Below, piece after piece: positions 12,701 to 24,700 of a stretch of DNA of 64,000 nucleotides; position 1 is the first letter of the stretch, and each line of letters opens with the position of its first letter. The notes under the pieces are model-generated. The model searched no databases. It had not been told where the DNA came from and worked only from the letters and a program-made list of their open reading frames with translations. Origin of the DNA: Haliotis rufescens (Eukaryota); NCBI RefSeq assembly GCF_023055435.1, contig NW_025964112.1:13020001-13084000 (forward strand). Direction: 5' to 3'. Both the position numbers and the translations under genes were made by a program.

Positions 12701-15700
12701 TATTTATTATAATAGAATGGAAATATAACCACTGCATTATTTAGGATGTGTTGTACAGAAACAAGTACTTGAAAAAATTAAATTAAAGATTACATTTTTT
12801 TTATTAATCACAAGTCAGAAGGTTACTTTGCCCTCCCAACATGCTCACTTTCTTCCTGACTGTAATTTAAGTTGTTTGTAAACTCATCTTCAGCGGAGAT
12901 GACTAACAAATATTACTTAATACTGAAAATAAAACTATATGGTATATGACTGTTGGTTGTGGAGGCGACTTCTACCTTTTAAAAATGTACACAGGTTACT
13001 TTTGTGACAACAACCTGGCCCCAGTGGGCAACCTGACCGACCATGAGTGTCCAGCCGGGTACTACTGTCCGCCTGAGACCAAGAGAGCCAACCAATACCC
13101 GTGCCCCAGCGGTACGTTCAACAACAAAACACACAGGGTGAACGCCAGCCAGTGCCAGGACTGCTCCCCAGGATTCTACTGTAAGAGCACTGGTCTGCCA
13201 GCACCGGAGGGTCTCTGCTACGCTGGGTGAGTGAATATTTTTGTTCAGATCTTGTCAGAGGTTCAGATCTTGATTGTGTACGAGCACTGGTCTGCTGTGT
13301 GCTATGCTGGGTGAGTGGATATTATTGTTCAGATCCTGTCAGAGGTTCAGATCTTGTTTGTGTACCAGCACTGGTCTGCTGTGTGCTAAGCTGGGTGAAT
13401 GGATATTTTTGTTCAGATCTTGTCAGAGGTTCAGATCTTGTTTGTGTACGAGCACTGGTCTGCTGTGTGCTAAGCTGGGTGAATGGATATTTTTGTTCAG
13501 ATCTTGTCAGAGGTTCAGATCTTATTTGTGTACGAGCACTGGTCTGCTGTGTGCTACGCTGGGTGAGTGGATATTTTTGTTCAGATCTTGTCAGAGGTTC
13601 AGATCTTATTTGTGTACGAGCACTGGTCTGCTGTGTGCTATGCTTGGTGAGTTGTCAGAGGTTCAGATCTTGTTGGTGTTAGTGAACCAGTCTGCCTGAA
13701 CCAGTGAGAGTGTGCTATGCTTGGTTTGTTATCACAGGATCAGATCTAGTTTGTGTACCAGCACGCTTGGTGCTGTGTGCTACGCTTGGTGAGTTGTCAA
13801 AGGTTCAGATCTTGTTGGTATTAGTGAACCAGTCTGCTGTATGCTATGTTTGGTAAGTTGTCAGAGGTTCAGATCTTGTTGGTATTAGTGAACCAGTCTG
13901 CTGTATGCTATGCTTGGTGAGTTGTCAGAGGTTCAGATCTTGTTGGTGTTAGAGCACCAGTCTGCTGGAACTGGAGAGAACATGCTACTTGGTGAGGGGA
14001 TATATGGACACTGGACTGCCCAAAACCAGAGAGCCTCTACTACACTGGAAGAGTGGACAGAAGGGTTGGGGCATTAAAGCATTTGCTTGAAGATCTGTGT
14101 TCTATTCAATACTTGGGTACTGTACAAGGCCATTTGAGGTGTCCTGCCATGATATTGCTGGAAGCTGCCTTAATGCCTTCTACTGTACATCATCTTACCA
14201 CTACTCTACTCTATATCAGTGTGAATGTGAATTCGAGACATAAACTTGTGTATGCAATATCTCCTAGTTACTACTGTGAGAGTGGGACAGTGGAACCAAA
14301 CCCGACCTCCACTGTCTGTCCTATTGGTAACTACTGCCCAGAAGGCAGCTACAAGCCCATCCCCTGCCCTGCGGGAACAATCGCCACCAGCACCGGCAAC
14401 ACCAACTACACTGACTGTGAACTGTGTAAACCGGGCCAGTACTGTACACCTGACAGCTCAGCAGCAGGTGAGTACATTTCTTCTCCCCTGGAAAGTGAAT
14501 TCTTTTTCAGTCAGAATTCTGTAACCCTGTGGTAATTCTGTGTTCAAATACATCCTCAGTAAGAACTGATTAAGCTAATTATACCCCTGTTTACGAAGTA
14601 AATCAGGAGTATATAGTGTTCTGTCTGTCCGTCCGTCCTTCCGTCCGAGCTTTTGTACGGCCCATAACTTTTAACCATGCACCCTAGCTTCACCAAACGT
14701 TCTACACCTGTTTACCACAATGAGTACTTGTGCCTTTTGCTACTTTGAAGATTCTGAATTTTTTAATTTTTGCCATTTCCATGGACACATTAAGAAATAT
14801 CAAGAATGTATGTTGTGCTAAGCATTGATTATCCCACACTAGATTGAAATATATTTGCAAAAACATGTGTTCATTTCAAACATAATGCATCCTCATGGGG
14901 TTACAAAGGAAAGGGTAGTTCCTCTGACTTAAAGCAACAGGTATATTTCATTAATTAACAAACTATTTACTATTAGTTGTTGACCAGCGGGGATAACAGG
15001 GGTATGTGAGCTTTGCTCACTTCTTTCTTGTTGGATGTCTCTTTTTATGTCTCACAAGAGTTGAAATTGATTTACTGAATTATATTTTCAGGACATAGTG
15101 ATCCGTGCGATGCTGGTTTCATCTGTCTGGTGGGATCTGACATCGCCAAGCCAATAAATGGCACACGGGGGTACATCTGCCCCATAGGCCACTACTGCCC
15201 CTCTGGGGCCGTCAAGGAGTCTCTCTGTAATAAGGGCACCTACGCACCAAAAGAAGGCCTGGGTAGGTGACATGACTTGCACACTTCACAATTTCATGTA
15301 TTTTCTAATTGAGAAATAGGAAACCCTGCCACTTGGAATATTGACCAAGTAAATCTTGGCAGTAGACTGGTCTGATCTTAAGGTGATATTTCTTACAACC
15401 AATTTTGTGCCTGTGGGTGTTTCAGCATCTTAGGAAAGGATAATATACATGCATACTTGTCTGTTGTCTTAAGGTTGAAATCAAATGACTGACAGATACA
15501 TGACTTGCAAGATGACCCAAACTTGATGTATTGAGAATGTTTGACAATGATCTGATTCCAACAGGTGAGTGTTTGCCATGTCCTGCTGGCCAGTCCTGCC
15601 CACAGTTGGGCATGAACGCCTCACTACCATGCACACCTGGCTACTACTGCCCCAATGGTACTGCCAACGAGGGCACACCATGCCCATTGGGAACCTTCAA

Positions 15701-18700
15701 TACCAAAGATGACCTTAGCTCAGTGGATCAGTGCCAGCCATGTCCCAGTGGCAAGTTCTGTAACGACACCGGCTTGAGTAGTCCCAGTGGTCCCTGCATT
15801 GGTGGGTACCTGTGTGTGGCTGGTGCAACCCATCCTGCCCCTGACGACGGAGTCAATGGACCATGTCCACCAGGACACTACTGTGAAGAAGGTGAGGCAG
15901 ATGGCTTACTTTCAATCTACGTCTTTGACTGGAAATCTGTTGTAACTTAAATAAGAATCAACAAGGTTAGAATTTTATTAAATGTGCCAATATATTGCTG
16001 AAATGCTACTTAATCCTGAATAATTGACTTTTTTTTATGACATCCACCAATCCAAAAGGTCATGTGTAAAATAAAATATGTATTTGTTTATGCTAATCTG
16101 TTTTTCTTTACACCATATCTGGTTATATGTTGTTGTCAGATTACAGACCCAGTGGTTCTGTATTTGGATTCACAGGCCTGACCATATACAGAATTAATGC
16201 TCTACAGTATTAGTTAAAGCTATAAGGAATGTCATCATGAAAATCTTTGACATTCTGAATCGGTGGGATAGAAAGCCATCCCTCGTACCTCCTGCTTGGA
16301 TGGTTACAATATATCACCTCTCTGATTGCGTGTAATTCCACTCCAAAAGATTGTTGTTCATCCATCCTACCAACCATTGGTTTGTCTGGGTTGACCTTAC
16401 AGGCAGTCATTATTCTGTTAGCTGCCATTCAAAACTATTCTCTCTCTCACATAATTGTTATTTACGATTGATAATCTGTCAGAACTAATCAAAACTCACA
16501 TCTGTTGACAGGCTAGAAGTGTGGTTTACGGGATCACTCTTTATGCCATAGAACTGAAACTATTTACTCACTTGGGTTCAATGTGGGAAGCCTATTCTTG
16601 TCCCCTGTTATTATGTTACTTGAATATTGTCGTAAAGTGACATCAAGTCTAACTCCCTTGCTCACTCGCTGTTCTCAGGGACTCTGAAGGAACAAGCCTG
16701 TCCCCAAGGCACCGCCCGGAATCAGTCAGGAGCAGCCAGTGACAGTGACTGCTGGGCGTGTCCAGCAGGCTACTTCTGTGCTCTGGAGGCGGGGCTGGGA
16801 CCCACTGGGGTGTGCGAGAGGACCTACTACTGCCCTGACTATGCCCGTATCAACTCATCAGCTCCATCAGCCTACAAGTGTCCAGCTGGATACTACTGTC
16901 CGGAGAAGACCGGAGTTCCGATCGGATGCCCCCCTGGTACTATTTCACTCATATAGAAATAGTTACAGTATGCCTTGTGCAATTAAAGAAAATAGTACTT
17001 ACGGTATAATTATATTAATCTGAATGGTTAGGCAAGGAGAGTTTTTTGCAATATTTGAGGCATTCCCTTCGCATGAAGCGGGGCAGTGGGGTAGCCTAGT
17101 GGTTAAAGCGTTCGCTTGTCACGCCGAAGACCCAGGTTCGATTCCTGACATGGGTACAAGGTGTGAAGCCCATTTCTGGTGTCCCTCTCCGTGATATTGC
17201 TGGAATATTGCTAAAAGCGGCTTAAAACCATACTCACTCAGGGGCAGTCGGTTAGCCTAGTGGTTAAAGCGTTCGCTCGTCACGCCGAAGACCCGGGTTC
17301 GATTCCCGACATGGGTACAATGTGTGAAGTCCATTTCTGGTGTCCCCCGCCGTGATATTGCTGGAATATTGCTAAAATCGGCGTATAACCATACACACTC
17401 ACTCACTCATACTCACTCACTCACTCTCAAGTGAAGCTGACATGTTGTGATATGAAGTACTGTTCAAAGCTGTGTTAAACACAACTCACTCCCTCACTCT
17501 TTCTGCCAGGTACCTACCAACCTCAAGAAGGAGCCTCCAGCTGTGAGCCATGTCCAGCAGGGAAGTTCTGTATGCTCAACACAAGCATTCCAGAGCCCTG
17601 CGAGGTCTTCTCGTACTGTCCCAACGGTAGTGTGTCGCCGACCTTGTGTCCCAATGGGACATACACAAATGTCACAGGATTGTCCGATCCTTATCAGTGT
17701 GAGCCATGTATCACCGGTGAGTCAGAGTCAAAGAACCCATTTTTTTCAGTTTTTCACTCAAATTGATCACATGAAATAGATTTGAAGTAATTTGATTAGA
17801 ATTATTTTTCATGTTTATGGACATAAGGGCACTTCAAGCACAGGTATTGTCTAAAAATAGATATAAAAAGTTTATGTTGGCTATTGATTGTTTGTTTACT
17901 TGTTGTTTTACGACACACTCAGTAATATCCAAACTGAGACTGTGGCTTGTAAATACTAGGGCCCGGACCAGATAAACCAGTGATTGATATTATGAGCAAA
18001 GATCCATGCCAACAGGGTACATTGACATGCATTGAACCAATGATTGTCTGGTATCCCCAGGAGAGGAAGGCTATTGCAATGCAAAGAGATAAGCAGCTTA
18101 TGTTAGAATGGGAAAGTAAACATGGTTGTATTGGTATAATGATCATATATTTATGAGAGACAGTTTCTGGATCCAGGACAGTCTTCTAGTGTGGATTCAA
18201 GCTTTAGACAATTTAACATTCTTTGTAGGTGCTGACTAATCATATATCATGGTAGACTTCTGTTTAGCTACTTCTGTATGATAGATTATTGTGCTACAAT
18301 CTGAACAGACATATACCCCTTTGTTCCCAGGCAAGTACTGTATAGATGGACGAATCACGGCAGATTGCGCTGCAGGCTACTTCTGCTTATCTGGAGTTGG
18401 CACGCCCACTCCCAATGGGACACTCTATCCCAATGGCACACTCTGTCCATACGGCTACTACTGTCCTCAAGGTAAGTTCTGAAGGATCTACCTGCTAAAC
18501 ATTGTATGGACATAGTAGCAAGCTTGGAAGTTCACACAGTTTGGCCCTCTATGAAGGTTGATACCCCAATAAACTCAAAGTGAAAGTCAATTCTTAAGTG
18601 TACAAAAGCTAAAACGTGTACACAGTGTTCGAAATAATTTTAAAACCCAACAGTATTGAAAAATTGCAAAAACCAAGAGACAAATCATGTCTTGATTCAG

Positions 18701-21700
18701 TTGAAATAATGCAAACAATTACTTGCAAAACTAGATGAGGTTAAAATAAAACTGAATACGTAAGTAGTCTTAAAATTATCTGCCAGATCGTCTGGTAGAT
18801 GGACAAAAATTTCATGCAGCCCGACAGAAAAGTTACCAGCCACTGGCAAACGGGCAGGCAGTTATTTCGGACATTGTGTGTACAGAGGTTATTACAATGC
18901 CTTCTCACCTTCCCCAGGTACGTTGATGCCACTGAAGTGTCCCGAGTCGCGGTTCATCAACAAGGAAGGAGCCAAGGATGTGTCTGAATGTGATGCTTGT
19001 CCTGGAGGTCGAATATGTCCCCAGAACTCCACTATCTCCGAGCCTTGCCTTGCTGGGCACTACTGTCCTGTTGGCCTGCCCATGGAGGTATGATGCTTAA
19101 CTCGATCTGAAAATTATTTTTAATTACTGATTAGAGAAGAAAGTTAAAAGAAGCTGCAACTTCTGCTTATATTTTAACCATCAAATTCAGACTTTATCAA
19201 CGTTTTTGTATCAGCTCTAGTAGGCTTTATTTATTCTCTTCCCAGGTAATAATTATCCCCTGCCCCAACGAAGTTGGCGGGGTATATAGAAATGGGTTCC
19301 GTCCATGTGTGTGTGCGTGTGTGTGCGTGTGCGTGTGTACGTGTGTGCGTGTGTGGATGTATGCGTCCCGAAATCGTTTCCGGAGCATAACTCAGAAACC
19401 GTTTAATATTTCGCTACGAAACTTTGCATGTCTATCAGACTCATGCTGAACTGGTGCCTTTTGCTATTTAGGAATTTTATAAATTTTTATTTTTTACGTT
19501 TCCATGGCAACAAGTTGGACTTAGGTTCTATAAGGGTGGTGTTCGTTTCCTGAGCGTAACACAAAAACCATTAAATACTTTCTTACAAAACTTTGCATGT
19601 CTACTAGGCACATACTGAACTGGTGCCTTTTGCTATTTAGGAATTTTATAAATTTTTATTTTTTATGTTTCCATTGCAACAAGTTTGACTTAGGTTCTAT
19701 AGGGTAGAGTTTGTTTCCAGAGCATAACTCAAAACCCATTCAATACTTTCCAACAAAAACTTTGCATGTTTACCAGACACATACTGGACTGGTGCCTCTT
19801 GCTATTTAGAAATGTTGGGTCAGTTACCTGGTTTGGGACCATAACATGTTAAAATGGGCGGGGGATATAGATGACTTTGTCATCTATACGCTTGTTAACA
19901 TTGATATGATTTTTGATGAATTTCTCATGTGATGATTGATTGAACACACTCTGGGAGCTTATTATATCTGGAGATGACTGTATATAAGGTCATAATTGAT
20001 TTTCAGAAAATTTTGTAATAATTGTATAGAGTTGTTTGGTTTTTACTGTCTTAGTCTTTGGCCTAAAATAATTTTGAGACAATCTCCAGTTCAAATATTA
20101 GAGAATGCTTCCTGAAAAACCTCTAAAATTAGATGTTGTTGTAAGTCCCAAACATTCTTACTGACACATCTGATAACTTTCAGCTGATTGGTTTACTATG
20201 TTTCTTAAATAATACAGTACTGTGGGCCGAAAAGTGTTCTTGTCATGCTCTGTCCTTGTACACATGGTACAGAGTGATGTCCCTTTGAATATATGTTGGT
20301 TGGTTGGTTTGTTGTTTAACGCCGCACTCAGTAATATTCCAGCTATTTGACGGCGGTCTGTAAATAATCGAGTCTGGACCAGACAATCCAGTTATTAATA
20401 TCATGAGCATCGATCCACGCAATTGGGATCGATGACATGCATCAACCAAGTCAGCGAGCCTGACCACCCGATCCCGTTAGTCGCCTTTTACGACAAGCAG
20501 AGTCCCCTTTTACTGCAAGCATGGGTTGCTGAAGACCTACCCCGGAATCTTCACGGGTCTTGAAAATATGGACAAATGCTCCAACAGTTATTGTTGGGAG
20601 GCAGCTTCTCTGAGCTAATGGTGTCCCGGCAAACAGGCGTTCACTGTATATCAAAACTGTTGAAATAACTGAAGTTTGTGGATCCCACAGAATTTGAATG
20701 GCAATAATCATTTTGTTTTCAGCCCTGTCCTCCAACAACGTACAACGATGAGGAGGGGGGTAAGGATATCAGCTGGTGTAAGGCGTGTCCCCCCGGCTAC
20801 TTCTGTAATGAGTCGGGGATGGCGGACTACACTGTGACCCCCTGTCCCCCTGGGTACTACTGCACCAACGCCACCACGGGTCCCGTCTCCTGCCCACGGG
20901 GGACATACAGGTAAGACTCATCCCTGGGTGGTGGGTATTGTTGGCTCATCACATCAAGACCCGGGTTTGAGTCATGGTGAACCTTATTCTTGGTGACCCC
21001 CGTGGCTAGAATATTGGTAGAAAGTGGTGGAAACTAAACTCACTGGCTGACTCACTCACTCACTAGAGATAAGTGATAACAGCATAACAACTGGAATTGT
21101 CATGAAACCGTCCGACGTTTGGGATGGCTCAGCCAACAAGAAAATGGTAATTGAATTTAGTGGATTTTTTTTATTGACAAGGGTATTTGTTTTAGATAAA
21201 TATTTATGTTCCGCCTTTCCAGAGATGCGATTGCTGCCGGGTCGGTGGACGACTGTACACTGTGTCCGGCCGGCTTCTACTGTCCAGAGGAGAACATGAC
21301 ATACTCCGGAATACAGTGCGACCAGGGCTATTTCTGCGACTTTGGTGCCCAAAACCAAACCTTGTGTCATGGAGGTCAGATTGTTTCCTTGGATACTGTT
21401 AATCTAGCCTTGTTGCTTTCAAACATGTGAGATCACCACAGACTACAGTGCACTAGGATAAATATTGTTTGGGACAAAACAAGATGCCAAAATGGTTGAT
21501 GATGCCATCCAGTGGCTTTTCTGTAAATATATTGTGAAAAGATCATCATGACATAAACATAAAACTACTAACATATTAAGAATAACAGTTGTTGAAAGTG
21601 TCATGATTGCAAATCCAAAATGTCTGAAACGGATGTATTCTATGCATAATTGATATTGTACATGTTTCCTCTTTTAATTAACATATGTTATTTCATGTTT

Positions 21701-24700
21701 AAAGGTTGATATTGAATTATGATTAGGTTTACTTAATTTAAGGACTCCATCATTTTCCCCTTAAATTTACCTTGATTCCAAGGAATCCAAACTGAAATAG
21801 TTTAGTGAATGTGTGAAGAAAGTGCTCTAACTACTTCCATTTTTCCAGGCTATTACTGTAACATGTCTATGACCATGAAGCCGTGCCCCCCGGGGTACTA
21901 CTGCCCCAATGGCTCCAGCTCCCCCCTGCCCTGCCCCAAGGGACATTACTGTGGCTCCCAGAATGACTGCAACATGACAGATGCTGGTGAGAAGTGACAG
22001 CTTTCATATAACTATACAGTTCCACATGCAGTACACCAAAGACATAGTCATGATAGGATATGATCACAATATATGTTGTAGGCTAGCTTATATCCCAGGG
22101 GGAATACGGGTCAATGTACCCTCTGTATAACCACACAAGAAAGTACCATATTCGACGTAATAAGCGCCCAGGGCGCTCTCAAAATTAGAAATAGGGGGCT
22201 CTTATTAGAACATCATTTTGGTGGAAAAAAACAGAGTTGAAAGATAAATTTCGTGGTTTAAGCTGACAGCCTGAAACGTTTATGGACGACAGATATATTT
22301 TTCCAGAATTTAATTGCCCATAATTAAGGGTGCATATAACACATGAGTACGTATCATACGCGAATAAATAAGTCTTGTGTACATTGATCAATCGGAAGAG
22401 GTGCTTATTGGGATTGTTCCCTAGCCAATATATTAGCAAATATTGCCGTGTGCGCTTATTAGAGCGGGGCGCTTATTACGTCGAATACGGTATATCAACT
22501 GTATTTTGCAGTGGATAAACCTACAATGAATTCATCTTAGTCATGTTTAGCGTTTACCAGAATTTGAAAACAAATTGAGATGGGAAAGCCAGATGAACTC
22601 AAGACAACAATTTACAGAGATCAGCAATAAGTATGTTGCCATGATGACGGGTTATTTTTTATTTTTTACAGTTGTACACCTCTGTCATTGGGTACTTGGA
22701 AATTGATCAAAATTTCCTTTCAACAATAAGCTTCAACATATATATATATGTATCAGTGCAATAATCTTTAATGCGATGTTAAATGTCATTTCACCTCACC
22801 TTACTTTTAATTTGTTATGTACTAATGTGGCCATTTGTCTTCAGGTGCTATTGAGCCGAAGAAGTGCCCTCTGGGATTCAAGGAATTTGATGGATCGCCA
22901 CGTCAGACCTTTGAAGACACATGTGAGCCTTGCAAACCTGGCACATATGGAGCTCACGAACATCGTGCAGTATGTGATGTTTGTAGAGCCGGAGTTGTCT
23001 GCCTTGCTGAAGCCACCACAGACAGGCCGGTGTACAATGACAGCGCACTAGCAGTCGCCATCGGTTTCCCAGCAACCAACTCTTATCCCTGTCCACCAGG
23101 TAGAGTACCCATTTTGTCTAATTTTAGTTGTCATTTGCAAGCATAAAGAAATACACATGAAGTCATGACAGAAAGAATCTATGTGTATATCTGTATAGTA
23201 AATATGTTTGTTATTTGCATGCCATGTTGGAATTGTTTGGGAAGGAAACCTCACCTCAATAGCTGTTGATATGGATAGTACAATGGATCGGGTTCGAAGG
23301 TTTCAAGGAAGGGACAACTCTCAGATTTGATCTAGGTTATTGTGCCTGATACCCATGTTTGTGGTTCGATCACCAAAGTGGAAAATGTTTGAAACCTGCA
23401 TCAATTCAGGCTTTTGTCCCACATGAAGCTGACATTCCATGACATAACTGGAGCACTGTTAAAAGNNNNNNNNNNNNNNNNNNNNNNNNNNNNNNNNNNN
23501 NNNNNNNNNNNNNNNNNNNNNNNNNNNNNNNNNNNNNNNNNNNNNNNNNNNNNNNNNNNNNNNNNNNNNNNNNNNNNNNNNNNNNNNNNNNNNNNNTCAT
23601 TTACAATACTGACCTCAGTTAAAGAGGGGGCGGTCGGGTAGCCTAGTGGTTAAAGTGTTCGCTCGTCACGCCGAAGACCTGGGTTCGATTCCCGACATGG
23701 GTACAATGTGTGAAGCCCATTTCTGGTGTCCCTCTCCGTGATATTGCTGGAACATTGCTAAAAGCGGCGTAAAACCATACTCACTCACTCACTCACTCAG
23801 TTAAAGAGCTATGATGTTTACTCATTCACTCAGTATTTTATTGTGAACCCCACAGGATACTTTTGCCCTGCTGGCAGCTTCGCACCGTCACCTTGCCGCC
23901 CTGGAACCTACCAACCCGATCAAGAGGCAGGAAGTGTGTACGACTGCCGAGCATGCCCAGTGAATCACTTCAACAACCTGGATGCACAGACTGGCTGCTT
24001 TGTGTGTGGAGGCGAGGCGTCCCAGGTGAACGCAGGATCCACCACCTGTGATTGTACTGGAGCTGGCCGAGACTTCCAGGTGAGACAAACATGATATCCC
24101 TCAGGTAACCAGGTGAGATAGACGTCATTCCAGGCGAGACAAATGTGACATACCTCAGATAAACAGGAGAGACAAACATATCATTCCTCAGATGAACAGG
24201 TGAGATAAACATGTCATTCCAGGTGAGACAGATGTGACATACCTCAGATAAACATGACATTCCTCAGATGAACAGGTGAGACAAGCATGATGTTCCTCAG
24301 ATGAACAGGTGAGACAAACATGACATTCCTCAGATGAACAGGTGAGACAAACATGACATTCCTCAGATGAACAGGTGAGACAAACATGACATTCCTCAGA
24401 TGAACAGGTGAGACAAGCATGACATTCCTCAGGTGAACAGGTGAGACAAACATGACATTCCTCAGATGAACAGGTGAGACAAACATGACGTTCCTCAGAT
24501 GAACAGGTGAGACAAACATGACGTTCCTCAGATGAACAGGTGAGACAAGCATGACATTCCTCAGATGAACAGCCTTTTAGAGTGAAACTGCATAAAGCAT
24601 TTGAGATTCTTCATACTGGAAGTGATATCATTAGAGCAAACAAGCTTCCATCATGTTATCAAGAGGCAAGGTCTTTTCATCTGTTTGCCCTAAAGTAAAG

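Noticed and set aside
13227-13699. Cys-rich ORFs as extra exons of the receptor
   Set aside because: They derive from the 84-bp repeat, lack the CPxGxYC spacing and are out of the gene's frame.
17080-17426. tRNA genes
   Set aside because: tRNA-like heads continue into a SINE body and ACTC tail, occur as many diverged copies and lack a proper acceptor stem.
20470-20559. Hammerhead ribozyme on the antisense strand of family C (CTGAAGA)
   Set aside because: No GAAA/NUH core at the required junction positions. A canonical HDV fold on the sense strand also could not be built by hand.
500-24079. Assigning a named gene such as SCUBE, SVEP1, an Eph receptor or a furin-like protease
   Set aside because: Only the shared Cys-rich repeat is present; no CUB, sushi, kinase or subtilase domain is visible in the window.
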